Of a stretch of DNA of 64,000 bases, positions 8,750-18,454 are shown piece by piece. Numbering within the stretch: the stretch's first letter is position 1; every line of letters starts with the position of its first letter. Below the pieces are notes generated by a model. That model was not told the DNA's origin. It saw nothing but the letters and a program-made list of their open reading frames with translations, and made no database searches. The stretch is from Candidatus Heimdallarchaeota archaeon (GTDB lineage: Archaea; Asgardarchaeota; Heimdallarchaeia; Heimdallarchaeales; Heimdallarchaeaceae), in contig JAUVXV010000004.1 in NCBI GenBank assembly GCA_030603365.1, positions 160,001 through 224,000 on the forward strand, written 5' to 3'. Position numbers and translations under genes: made by a program.

Positions 8750-9607
8750 ATGAAAAGAAAAGAAATAATTACAAGCGGGGTTCTAATTCTTATATTCTCA
8801 TTAACCTTTGTGTCTCCTGCGAATGCAGCGACAAATTGGGGATTTGAGATAGACGAAAACTATGTTTATGAACTAAATAAACTGACGGTCTTTGAAACAC
8901 CTCTTGCTTTTGAATTCAAAGATGAAGCAAGATTACGAATTGTTTTCAATGATTTCAATGATACTGGTTATTCTTATACTGTATACAATGAAACACATTT
9001 GTTAGCAGAAACATCTACAGTTTTCTTACCAACAGAGGTAGAAAGTGAAACACTTGTTCTGCCACAAGGGTTACCAATTGCACTCCCATTAGCAATAGGA
9101 GAAATATCTGATTATATGGAATACTTTGGACTTATTATTAATCAAACAGTATCCATGATAGTTTTAGATGATTTCGTAGAAAATATAACAGACTATATGG
9201 ATTTAACATATTTGAATGTCTATTCAGTATATGATACAAATTTTCTAAGTGCAAATCTCGATTTGTTTGCACCAACAGTTAATGCTTCGATTCTTACTGA
9301 ACTTCTCGGAGAAATGGACTCAGGAGCTATACCAATTTCAATTCCTACTAATATTACTGATTTCAAGCTAAATGCTACATTAGCTTTTGATGCTACAACA
9401 GGTTTGTTTGATCATTTAACAATCAAAATACGATCTATATCAACAGACGAGTTTAACTATGTAGATAATTTTAACGCTGATGTAGAATATGAGTTGTATA
9501 AACCTGAAGAAACTGAACCTACTACAACAGTATCTTATGCTTGGATAGTTCCAATAGCAGTGGTTGTAATATTTGCAAGCAGTTTATTTACAAGAAAGAG
9601 GAAATAA
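8750..9607 (+). CDS. Secreted, C-terminally anchored surface glycoprotein
   Basis: Signal peptide (ANA-A), many NxS/T sequons, Thr-rich linker + TM helix + basic tail RKRK; GGTGA Shine-Dalgarno at 8741-8745. Confidence 0.75.
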   Translation: MKRKEIITSGVLILIFSLTFVSPANAATNWGFEIDENYVYELNKLTVFETPLAFEFKDEARLRIVFNDFNDTGYSYTVYNETHLLAETSTVFLPTEVESETLVLPQGLPIALPLAIGEISDYMEYFGLIINQTVSMIVLDDFVENITDYMDLTYLNVYSVYDTNFLSANLDLFAPTVNASILTELLGEMDSGAIPISIPTNITDFKLNATLAFDATTGLFDHLTIKIRSISTDEFNYVDNFNADVEYELYKPEETEPTTTVSYAWIVPIAVVVIFASSLFTRKRK

Positions 9608-9610
9608 CCC

Positions 9611-9631
9611 TCTTATCTTTTTCTTTTTTTT
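9611..9631 (+). terminator. Oligo-T/pyrimidine tract, archaeal terminator
   Basis: tcttatctttttctttttttt immediately after the stop codon. Confidence 0.5.
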
Positions 9632-9665
9632 ACAAATCCTTTTTAATCCGATATACTAATCAAAA

Positions 9666-10790
9666 TTGAGTAAATTGAGTCTTAGACCTGAGGAGTATTT
9701 AATTCTGAATCATATTTTTCAAGATCCTATTATTCCTTATAGTAGACTGGCTGAGAAAATTAAACTGTCGGCTCCTACTGTTAAAAAAAGGGTTGAAAAT
9801 CTCCTCACAGAGTCTGTAATAAGAAAATTTCGTGCTGAATATCATCCTGAATCTTTAGGTCTTGAAAGTCATATTTTTCTTTTAAAAATCAACTCCATTG
9901 ATAAATACAAAATTGTTGAACGAATAATTGATTATCATCCTTATCTCGTGGTTAGACAGAGATGTTACGGTGGAATAACAGGAATTTTTCTTAAAGTACA
10001 TGTCCCTATTGGATCTATTGATAATTTTTGCACATTTTTAGGTCATTTAAAAGATAGTGATCTAGTTGAAGAAATCGTTCATTCTACGACTATTGGACCA
10101 GGAATTAAGACAAGGATAGATCTAACTTTCTGGGATCCTAATCAAAATGTATGGTCTTTCAAGTGGGATATGTGGAAGAAAAACATAGATGTTGTTGATT
10201 ATGTTCCTCAATTTGACTATTTTCAGAAAATCTCTCGAGAAAAATCAAAAAATGTTTTACAACAACTGACTTATTTAGATTTTCAGATTTTGAAAGAATT
10301 AGTACATAATCCTATTCAGAAATATGCACTATTATCTAAGCAGTTAGGAATACCTCAATATACGTTATCGAGAAGAAAGAAATTTCTAAGTAAATTTGTA
10401 ATAAGAAATTATCTGGTAGAGTTTAATCGCTCTTTTTTTGGTCTTGAGGATGAGCTGGTTTTCAAAGCTATTTGTGGGCAAAGAGCAATGTCCAAAATCA
10501 TCTATCTTATCAGAGAGCTAACACTTCCTTTCGAATCAGATTTTCGTGAAACTGATAAGGGATTTCTTTGGAAAATCCTTTTACCTCCAAAAGATAAATT
10601 AGAGTTATTTAACATACTTTGGTCTTTATTTCCTGATCTTCAGATTATGATGTTAGACCCTCATACAACGGTGACTAAGGCATTTAATCCAGATAATTAT
10701 TCTTTTATCAATCACTCTTGGAAGGATACACAGGATTTTATGATAGATCAAATATTGGAAAAAGCAAGAGGAGAGCTTTTGCTTGCCTGA
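9666..10790 (+). CDS. Lrp/AsnC-like winged-helix transcriptional regulator with two HTH modules
   Basis: YSRLAEKIKLSAPTVKKRVENL and a second HTH YALLSKQLGIPQYTLSRR; TTG start. Confidence 0.8.
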   Translation: MSKLSLRPEEYLILNHIFQDPIIPYSRLAEKIKLSAPTVKKRVENLLTESVIRKFRAEYHPESLGLESHIFLLKINSIDKYKIVERIIDYHPYLVVRQRCYGGITGIFLKVHVPIGSIDNFCTFLGHLKDSDLVEEIVHSTTIGPGIKTRIDLTFWDPNQNVWSFKWDMWKKNIDVVDYVPQFDYFQKISREKSKNVLQQLTYLDFQILKELVHNPIQKYALLSKQLGIPQYTLSRRKKFLSKFVIRNYLVEFNRSFFGLEDELVFKAICGQRAMSKIIYLIRELTLPFESDFRETDKGFLWKILLPPKDKLELFNILWSLFPDLQIMMLDPHTTVTKAFNPDNYSFINHSWKDTQDFMIDQILEKARGELLLA

Positions 10791-10812
10791 TAATGAAATT
10801 GTTTATTTCACT

Positions 10813-13722
10813 TCAGACTATTGCTCGTAACTCTTGAACAATTTCATATTTCATTTGTTTTCTTATAATTGGTATCATTCCAAGTAAAGCTGCAAGACAT
10901 AGTGACGCAAGGATGATAAAAAGCGCCACAACATCGATGTGGATATTCAATATTATAACCTCTTTTGCAATTAATAAAGGCTTTACAAAAAGCAGAGAAA
11001 ATGCTGTAGCTGCTATACCTAATGGTACTCCTATTAAAACGGTAATTAATATAAAAGTCGATACCTCACTAATAAGTAGCCCTCTCACTTTCGTTTGATT
11101 TCCACCTAGTGCAAGTAAAACTGCATTTTCTCTTCTTCTTTGTTCTAATATGAAATCAGTTGAGATAAGAATGTAAATAATTCCAACTACATTGAGTATA
11201 ATTGCCCCAACAAGAAGGATAATTGTTACTGGGGGGATATATTTATCGATGAAATAACCAATATAATCGGGATTAATCTCTTCAGGGTTGACAGTTAAAA
11301 GCGGAAATAAACTCTCTATTTCTTGTTTGATTTGATTAGGATCAGCTCCTTCCTCTATTGAAGCTAAAAGAAGAGATCCGTTATGTGCATCCAATTCATC
11401 AGTAAGTACGTCTTTATTCAAAAGAACCCAATCATCAGTATCTCTATTCATCTTGGGATCATAACCATGTGCAACACCCAAACCTGGAGCCGATTGAATA
11501 ACTCCTGTGATAGTTAAACTCTGTATTTGTCCAGATCCAGTAAAACCCGAAACTTCGATTTCTTCACCTATAATAAAATCTAGCCTGTTAATCAAATAAC
11601 TACTAATTATAACTCCTTTCGCAGTGTCATTGAGTGTCAGAAGACCTTCTGCTGGGGTCATATTGATAAAACTCGAATCCGTCCACCTCCCAATTTCTAA
11701 AAATTTATCGGGATCAACACCAAAAACTTCAATTTGTAGTTGAGTTCCCCACAATGCTCTTATTGTTCGAAAACCTGTAATTTCTTTAATACCCTCAATT
11801 TGCCCAAGTGTTTCTTCCATTTCAGAAATGTTTACCGGTATAAGAGAATCAATTCGAATGTCTGCCCCCATTCTATACAAATCTTCAATATCATTGTTGT
11901 GGATAACAGAAGATCTCATGGTTACTAACATAGTAAGAAGGCTTACGGTTAATACTAAGAAGAATGTAAGATCTGTAAGATTTTTAGTGTGACGTTTAAG
12001 GTTTTTAAGAATCAAGAATGAATTTTTCTTGAATATAACTTTATAGACCTTTCCAAGTTTCTTGATTAATTTATTTATTCCTTTTGAAATGAAATAACAG
12101 ATGAAGAATAGTAGACAAATGAATACTAGTAGAGCTTGAATACTAACCGAAACCATACTAAAACCAAAACTGGAAACTCCTCCTACTTGTTTGAAATATT
12201 CAATCAATAGGAAAATGAAACCCGCTAAGATTAGTACAAATGAACCAACTGTAACACTTGTTTTGATTATTTTCTGACCTCTCTTAGTCATTATCTGTGA
12301 TTCGTGAATATCCTTCCTAACAAAATTTATGACATTAAAAAGCGTTATACTCAGATATATTCCCAGAACTAGGACCGTAAAAATCTCTATTTCATAAGGA
12401 GATATCTCTAAATAACTGAAATATCTATTGAATAATTCTTTACTAAAGAATCCATCATGACCAAAAGATGGAATTAAAGCTGACAATAAGATACCTATTC
12501 CAATACTCAAAATTAAAGAAATGCTACTAATCAGAACGAATTCTCCAAAAAACATTCCTATAATTTGGCCACTTACTGCACCTTTGGATCTTAAAAATGC
12601 AATTTCCTCTTTTCTTTTTTTAACAGTCATTTGTGTTGATAAGATTGTAAGTATTATTGCTATTGCAATTGTAGGTACAAATACGACAGTTGACCCAAAA
12701 CTTCTGGTATATTCATCTGCCATTGCTTGAATTTCCTGAGAAAGAATAAAGGCGAATGCATGCCAATATCTAAATTCTATTCTTTCTTTTAGCGCATACA
12801 TGGTATCGGGCATATTAGATATTCCATTCTTCCTTAATTCTTGTCCATTTGCTTTAACAAGCAATTTGGGGAGCATTCTATTAGCATCCATAATGCTAAG
12901 ATCCTCTGTTTGTAAATCTTCTATTGGAAAGAAAATTGAATCTAGAAGAACTCCTCCAGTATTTCCAAACCCTCCAAGCATTCTAGCGATAACGGTATTC
13001 TTGCCAACATAGGTGTAAATCCCAGAAATAGTATAATTTTCAAATATGGTTTCACTGATATCGTAGGACTGCATGGTCGTTTCCTCACGATCTGTATAGG
13101 GGATGTATCTAGTAATTGCAACACTAATTTCATCTCCAGGGGATATAGTTTTATTATAAACAACTTCAAGCTGTTTTGCTTGGAAATAACTTATCATTAG
13201 CTCTCCTTGATTTAATGATGCTTGACCATCAACCTCTAAATTCAGCTTAATTCTTTCCATTGCTGCAGAAGATACAATGTGTGCTGCCGATATTGATAAC
13301 GGATTGTTCATGTCATCTTGTTGATCCTCTGGAAACCACGTGTAATTATCCGCCTTATCTTCAAAATTAAATAGTGCAACAGAAGGATAATACCAATGCA
13401 CATAGTCTACGAGGGGATCATCAAGCACATATGTAAAAATTGGTTGCATCACACTGGGGAGGAAAGTTGAAACATACATCTCATAATCTAATGTCTGTAA
13501 ATAATCATCTGCGATGATTTTTTGTGATGTGCTCGACCATATTGATGCAGTAAAAAGAACTGACATTGAAAAAACTAAACCTAAAATGATTATAGTGATA
13601 CTTCTTCTCCGATTTGTAATGTTCTTCCAGATTAATTTGATATTAAAGTAGAAAGAAGCAACTGCTTTTTGATATCTGGTAGTTTCTTCTTCCTCACTAA
13701 CGTAGTTATCTAGTTCATTCAC
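10813..13722 (-). CDS. FtsX/MacB-like ABC transporter permease (two FtsX modules)
   Basis: KRKEEIAFLRSKG and QRRRENAVLLALG motifs, multiple TM helices; likely GTG start at 13722 preceded by GGAGGTGA. Confidence 0.9.
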   Translation of the reverse strand: MNELDNYVSEEEETTRYQKAVASFYFNIKLIWKNITNRRRSITIIILGLVFSMSVLFTASIWSSTSQKIIADDYLQTLDYEMYVSTFLPSVMQPIFTYVLDDPLVDYVHWYYPSVALFNFEDKADNYTWFPEDQQDDMNNPLSISAAHIVSSAAMERIKLNLEVDGQASLNQGELMISYFQAKQLEVVYNKTISPGDEISVAITRYIPYTDREETTMQSYDISETIFENYTISGIYTYVGKNTVIARMLGGFGNTGGVLLDSIFFPIEDLQTEDLSIMDANRMLPKLLVKANGQELRKNGISNMPDTMYALKERIEFRYWHAFAFILSQEIQAMADEYTRSFGSTVVFVPTIAIAIILTILSTQMTVKKRKEEIAFLRSKGAVSGQIIGMFFGEFVLISSISLILSIGIGILLSALIPSFGHDGFFSKELFNRYFSYLEISPYEIEIFTVLVLGIYLSITLFNVINFVRKDIHESQIMTKRGQKIIKTSVTVGSFVLILAGFIFLLIEYFKQVGGVSSFGFSMVSVSIQALLVFICLLFFICYFISKGINKLIKKLGKVYKVIFKKNSFLILKNLKRHTKNLTDLTFFLVLTVSLLTMLVTMRSSVIHNNDIEDLYRMGADIRIDSLIPVNISEMEETLGQIEGIKEITGFRTIRALWGTQLQIEVFGVDPDKFLEIGRWTDSSFINMTPAEGLLTLNDTAKGVIISSYLINRLDFIIGEEIEVSGFTGSGQIQSLTITGVIQSAPGLGVAHGYDPKMNRDTDDWVLLNKDVLTDELDAHNGSLLLASIEEGADPNQIKQEIESLFPLLTVNPEEINPDYIGYFIDKYIPPVTIILLVGAIILNVVGIIYILISTDFILEQRRRENAVLLALGGNQTKVRGLLISEVSTFILITVLIGVPLGIAATAFSLLFVKPLLIAKEVIILNIHIDVVALFIILASLCLAALLGMIPIIRKQMKYEIVQELRAIV

Positions 13723-14470
13723 CAGATTCACCTCCAACAAGAAATTGAAAACTTTCTTTATCATAACCTACTTCAGGAAACTCCTTTTGAGTATATTTCT
13801 TAATTTTACCCTTTTGCAATACAATGATCTTATCTGCTACCTTTGTGAGATAAGGATCATGAGATGTATAAATCATTGACATCTTATTCTTCTGAACTAA
13901 CTTGAGTAATAACTCCATAATATCATCACCTGTCTTTGTGTCCAGTGTTCCGGTTGGTTCATCTGCTATTAATATAGAGGGTGAATTAGCTATTGCTCTT
14001 GCAACACATACTCGCTGCTTTTCTCCTGAACTTAGCTCTTGTGGTAAATTTAATGCTTTCCTTCCTAAACCTACACTATGCAAAAGATCAACTGCATATT
14101 CTTTAGCAAAATCTTCAGTTTCTCCCCTAAGAATTAAGGGTATCATAATATTTTCAAGAGCTGTTAAATGTTCTAACAAATAGAAATCTTGGAAAATAAA
14201 ACCTATTTCATTTAATCTATACTCTGATAAGTGATTCAATGTCCAAGAATGAATTTCATTTTCGTCATAGAGTATTTTACCAGCTGTAGGTTTATCTATA
14301 CCAGCGAGTAGATTAAGAGTGGTTGTTTTTCCTGATCCTGAGGTTCCCAATAGACAAACAATCTCTCCTCTACCTATTTTAAAATTTATTCCACTTAAAA
14401 CCACTAATTCTTCTGCTTTTGAAGAATATGTTTTAATTAGATTTTTAACACTAATATATGAATCATCCAT
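13715..14470 (-). CDS. ABC transporter ATP-binding protein (LolD/MacB type)
   Basis: GTSGSGKTT, LSSGEKQRV, ILIADEPTG. Confidence 0.95.
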   Translation of the reverse strand: MDDSYISVKNLIKTYSSKAEELVVLSGINFKIGRGEIVCLLGTSGSGKTTTLNLLAGIDKPTAGKILYDENEIHSWTLNHLSEYRLNEIGFIFQDFYLLEHLTALENIMIPLILRGETEDFAKEYAVDLLHSVGLGRKALNLPQELSSGEKQRVCVARAIANSPSILIADEPTGTLDTKTGDDIMELLLKLVQKNKMSMIYTSHDPYLTKVADKIIVLQKGKIKKYTQKEFPEVGYDKESFQFLVGGESGE

Positions 14471-14531
14471 GGGAGTAATCGAATGTTATCCCAAACACTT
14501 AAATGATTTTGCTTTTCTCATTCAAAATTTT

Positions 14532-14705
14532 TTATACGGCACTTGTTATTATATACCATAAGACTACAACTATCAAAACAAACGCAACAGCTATTATCAT
14601 TTTATTCCATTGTCGTCCTTCGTATTCTTCTTCTTCAGCGTCTTCTTCTCCATTTTCCTCAATAGAATCTTTTTCAACCACTTTTTGTTTTTTCTCTGTA
14701 GTCAT
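14532..14705 (-). CDS. Small acidic tail-anchored membrane protein
   Basis: MTTEKK...EEDAEEEEY followed by one C-terminal TM helix; ATG at 14705 inside ORF 14532..14780. Confidence 0.55.
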   Translation of the reverse strand: MTTEKKQKVVEKDSIEENGEEDAEEEEYEGRQWNKMIIAVAFVLIVVVLWYIITSAV

Positions 14706-14806
14706 TGTTATTACTCCATAACCAGAAATACTGTTTAAACTTAGGATTCTTACTTTACTTAAATATTTTATTAAACACAATGTTTGAAATTAATCTCTAT
14801 TATGTT

Positions 14807-15274
14807 TCATTCTGGTGGTTGAATCAGACTATCTGAGACAAAAATATCTACATTAGCAATTAATGCTAAAAGAGTTGCATGGCTTGGGATCATTTGAAAA
14901 TGATGAATTTCTGAAAAACCTTCTAGTCTGATTTCTACTGATGCTTGATATGCATTTGAGTAAGGTACGATAGAATCTATAGTTATTTTCTCGACTATAC
15001 AAATTTCTGGTACTAATTCACCTATTGTCAGTCGTGCATCAGTTCCTTCTATACCATTTAATCTTCTTGCAATATCCACTGCAATTGAGACAGGAATGCC
15101 TGTCATAAGGAAATTTTCCCCATTTTCAAGCTCAAAATTCAATAATGGTATTTCGGTAAATTGAGCATTGTTTATTTCCTCTTCTGTAGTAAAGATATCT
15201 GGGCTTGCTGTAAGAACATCAATTTTGATTACTTTGTGTAGTTCTTTAGCTTTTGAAGAGGATTTTTCTTCCAT
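14807..15274 (-). CDS. Bifunctional nuclease (DUF151)-like protein
   Basis: VEKITIDS, AYQASV and PSHATLLAL...IFVSD resemble the DUF151 pattern (RPSDAIALA...IFV). Confidence 0.65.
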   Translation of the reverse strand: MEEKSSSKAKELHKVIKIDVLTASPDIFTTEEEINNAQFTEIPLLNFELENGENFLMTGIPVSIAVDIARRLNGIEGTDARLTIGELVPEICIVEKITIDSIVPYSNAYQASVEIRLEGFSEIHHFQMIPSHATLLALIANVDIFVSDSLIQPPE

Positions 15275-15423
15275 GAAGTGAATCCTTTTACAATATTGAA
15301 AAGTGTTGAGTTAGTCTCAACAGCTTGATGATAGAGCGAATGAAATATTCAGAAAGGAAAAACACTAATATCTTTTGAGTTTAAATCTATTAACAGTCTA
15401 ACAAAAGGAACAGACTTTGCTGG

Positions 15424-16083
15424 ATGTTCAAAATGAAAAACAAAATTAAGAAATGGGGTCAAACAAATAAAATCGAAACCATATTAAAAATGGCTATATC
15501 AGCTTCATTGGGTAGTTTAGGAATCGTTTTGTCCACAATCGTAGTCTTTATTCCAAATTTTGAACTTATATCAGTAACTATTTTCTTAGTATCAATATTA
15601 TTCGGCGTCTACTATGGTCTGTTAACTGCTATTTCTGTTGCTTTGATGTATGAATTTGTTGTTACAGCTATATTTGGACCTGCTTCGTATCTTTTTGTCT
15701 TTAAGCTTGTAAGTTATATTATTTTAGCTCTCATAGCTGGATTGGCTAGAAAAGGTTTCCTTAAGCTTTCTTTCTGGGAATTAGGTATATTTGGTTCCCT
15801 TTTTGCTTTGTTTTATGATATCCTAATCACTTTAGGATTTCAAATAGCTGTTATACAGGAAAAAGTTGTTTTTAGTTACCTGTTACTACTTCTCGTGCAA
15901 GGCATTCTCTTTACAATAACTCATGTGTTTAGTAATTTTGTTTTATTTAGCTTGACAAAGACAATACTAAATTGGATAATGTCTGCTTTCCAAGTGAGAG
16001 GACTAAAACAATTGATGTTGCCTTCTTTCAGTAAGAATGAGGAAGAAACTACTAGTTTGATCTCAAATGGGGATAAAATATGA
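15424..16083 (+). CDS. ECF transporter S component, CbrT/cobalamin-like
   Basis: About 6 TM helices, IPNFELIS motif, H-V-x-S-N near the C-terminus; coupled to a DUF4430 gene. Confidence 0.65.
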   Translation: MFKMKNKIKKWGQTNKIETILKMAISASLGSLGIVLSTIVVFIPNFELISVTIFLVSILFGVYYGLLTAISVALMYEFVVTAIFGPASYLFVFKLVSYIILALIAGLARKGFLKLSFWELGIFGSLFALFYDILITLGFQIAVIQEKVVFSYLLLLLVQGILFTITHVFSNFVLFSLTKTILNWIMSAFQVRGLKQLMLPSFSKNEEETTSLISNGDKI

Positions 16084-16502
16084 AGCGTTCAAGAATCCTT
16101 TTTCTCACTGTTGCTGTTCTTTTAATCGTTCTTTTAAGTGTTGGATTATTTCTGTATATTCAAAATCGAATGGTGATTGAAAGTGACAAAGAAGTGGAAA
16201 TTTTAGCTGTGATAAACTTTGGAACATTAAAAGCAACAGAAAATCTTGAAGAACATTACATCAATGTTACAGAAGGAAGTTCTGCACTGGAAGCTTTTTC
16301 TCTTGTTGCAGAATTAACAATTGTAAATTTTCCATTTGGAGCTTATATACAAGGAGTTGATGGCTATCTTGAGGAAGGAGCTGATTTTTGGTTTTTCTAT
16401 TATTATGATAATGGCCTAGAAGAATGGGTTTATTCCTCTGTGGGTGTTAGCCACTATTATTTACATGAAGGAGACAGAATTAAATTACAATACAGTGGAT
16501 AA
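16080..16502 (+). CDS. DUF4430 / transcobalamin-beta-like membrane-anchored binding protein
   Basis: N-terminal TM, FGAYIQGVDG, FWFFY, SSVGVSHYYLHEGDRI. Confidence 0.8.
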   Translation: MKRSRILFLTVAVLLIVLLSVGLFLYIQNRMVIESDKEVEILAVINFGTLKATENLEEHYINVTEGSSALEAFSLVAELTIVNFPFGAYIQGVDGYLEEGADFWFFYYYDNGLEEWVYSSVGVSHYYLHEGDRIKLQYSG

Positions 16503-16552
16503 CGAAATAATAGAAATAATACTTATGAAAAACACATTAATGGAGTTTAATA

Positions 16553-17431
16553 ATGACACAAAATAAAGGCACTTTCGTATTGATTGTCTATAAAACAAGC
16601 AAACCAACAATTTTTGTGATACTGCCTTTATTATTGATTAGCTTCATTGTAGGCATTCTCTACTCAAATATAGATTCACTTTTGAGTTTGTTCTCAACAA
16701 GTGGAGAAGACTACTCATTTCAAATTCTGGAGGGGGTAATTTTTATGTCTGTAACTGTTGTGAGTGCTTTTTTGATAGTTATTGCTATTCGAAAAAATCT
16801 TGTTCAGTTATTAAAAATGTTTTTTACTTTTATTTTTTTCATTTCATCAGTTAGTATTCTTTGGGTTCATGGGTATCTATTAGAACTTACGTTTTCGATT
16901 AATTCCTACTGGTTAGAAATAATCTTTGCTATTGTTGGTGGGATAGTAGGTATATTTACTGTGTATGTTGTAATCTTTGAGAAATCTGGTGTTAGATTGA
17001 AGAACATAATTATTTTTATTTTGGGTATTGCTATGGGTACTGTCTTTGGTGCAGTTTTCTCAATAGCTTCCTTTCTTACACTTATAATCTTGATTTCTTT
17101 GTTTGATATTTATTCGGTTTTCAAAGGTCCCATTAACCAACTTCTGAAAAAAACGAACATGTCCCTGTCCCAAAATACATCTTCTAGTATAAAACCTACG
17201 ATAGCAATCGGAATCGGGGATTTTGTGTTTTATTCATCACTTGTTACATTCATTACAAAGGAACTAGGACCAAATCTTGGTTTTGCTACCATTATTGGAA
17301 TTTTGGTGGGGATAAAAATGACAGAGAATTTACTAGTGAAATATGGAAAATTTCCTGGCTTACCCCTACCAATTTTCCTTTCTCTATTATTGGTTTTAAT
17401 TGGTTGGTTAGTAACAAAATATGTCATATAA
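16553..17431 (+). CDS. Presenilin-family intramembrane aspartyl protease (A22)
   Basis: FDIYSVFKGP, IGIGDFVFYS (GxGD), PGLP (PAL-equivalent), about 9 TM helices. Confidence 0.9.
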   Translation: MTQNKGTFVLIVYKTSKPTIFVILPLLLISFIVGILYSNIDSLLSLFSTSGEDYSFQILEGVIFMSVTVVSAFLIVIAIRKNLVQLLKMFFTFIFFISSVSILWVHGYLLELTFSINSYWLEIIFAIVGGIVGIFTVYVVIFEKSGVRLKNIIIFILGIAMGTVFGAVFSIASFLTLIILISLFDIYSVFKGPINQLLKKTNMSLSQNTSSSIKPTIAIGIGDFVFYSSLVTFITKELGPNLGFATIIGILVGIKMTENLLVKYGKFPGLPLPIFLSLLLVLIGWLVTKYVI

Positions 17432-17506
17432 TACCCTTTATCTAATTTCATTTGATGCGAACAAAAATCAAAAGGTTTAAAATGGCAGATAAGGCTAACA
17501 GCTCGG

Positions 17507-17929
17507 TTGAATAAGGTGTCTAGTCGAAAGTTTAGATATAGAGGATATACACTGGAAGAATTAAAACAGATGTCCATGGATGAAATATTGGGTTTATTAC
17601 CCTCTAGAAGAAGGAGAAGCTTATCTCGTCAAGAATTTTGGACACCAAGAAGGAAGAAACTCTTAGAAGATATAAGAAAAGCAATGGAAGCTCAAGAAAA
17701 AGGAGATAGATCTGTAGTAAGAACTCATGTTAGGGATATGCCTATTTTGCCTGAAATGGTTGGAGCTACTATAGGAGTATACAATGGTCGTGAATTCTTA
17801 GAAATTGAAATTCAGCCACAAATGATAGGACATCTATTGGGAGAATTCTCTCCAAGTACTAAAGTAGTTAGACATGGTGCTCCTGGAATAGGTGCAACAA
17901 GGTCATCATTATATGTCCCTCTTAAATAA
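17507..17929 (+). CDS. rps19p: 30S ribosomal protein S19 (uS19)
   Basis: FRYRGYTLEEL, VRTHVRDMPILPEMVG, GHLLGEFS, HGAPGIGATRSSLYVPLK. Confidence 0.98.
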   Translation: MNKVSSRKFRYRGYTLEELKQMSMDEILGLLPSRRRRSLSRQEFWTPRRKKLLEDIRKAMEAQEKGDRSVVRTHVRDMPILPEMVGATIGVYNGREFLEIEIQPQMIGHLLGEFSPSTKVVRHGAPGIGATRSSLYVPLK

Positions 17930-17982
17930 CCTTTTTCGTTCTTTTCTACTCAAATTTTTTAAACAAGCTTATATTGATTTAG

Positions 17983-18369
17983 TTGATGAATTCTCCTGAT
18001 GATGTAGTTGAAATAAAAGTTCCTAGAGAATCAAAAGCATTTCAAAGATTAGTGAAGAACTTAACTATTGATCTGCTTTGGATATGGATTCTAAAACTTC
18101 TTAGAAGTGGACCCAAATATGCTTATCAACTAAAACAAGAGATTCAAGAGCATTTTAATTTTAGTCCTGCTACTGTTACCAATTATACGATATTATATTT
18201 ACTTGAAAAAGAAGGATTGGTAGAAAAGACAGAAATGACTAACAGTATTGAAAGAATAGATAGAAAATACTATGTAATTACTGAATATGGGGAAGAAGTA
18301 ATGAGCGAGGCTGAACAATATCTTGCAGCAACTTATAAGAAACTATTTTCAGAGAATATTAGTATATAA
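17983..18369 (+). CDS. PadR-family transcriptional regulator
   Basis: ILKLL..GPKYAYQL, YTILYLLEKEGLV, RKYYVITEYG. Confidence 0.9.
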   Translation: MMNSPDDVVEIKVPRESKAFQRLVKNLTIDLLWIWILKLLRSGPKYAYQLKQEIQEHFNFSPATVTNYTILYLLEKEGLVEKTEMTNSIERIDRKYYVITEYGEEVMSEAEQYLAATYKKLFSENISI

Positions 18370-18454
18370 ATAAAGTTGCTCTTTTTTCAACAAACTTAAA
18401 AATTCATAATTAGCAAGAGAGTTAGGTGTAGCACAATGAAGGTGAATATTTAAA

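Noticed and set aside
15275-15423. Cobalamin riboswitch or C/D-box sRNA upstream of the ECF gene (contains TGATGA)
   Set aside because: No GGGAA/GCCACTG B12-box core and no properly placed CTGA D box on the same strand
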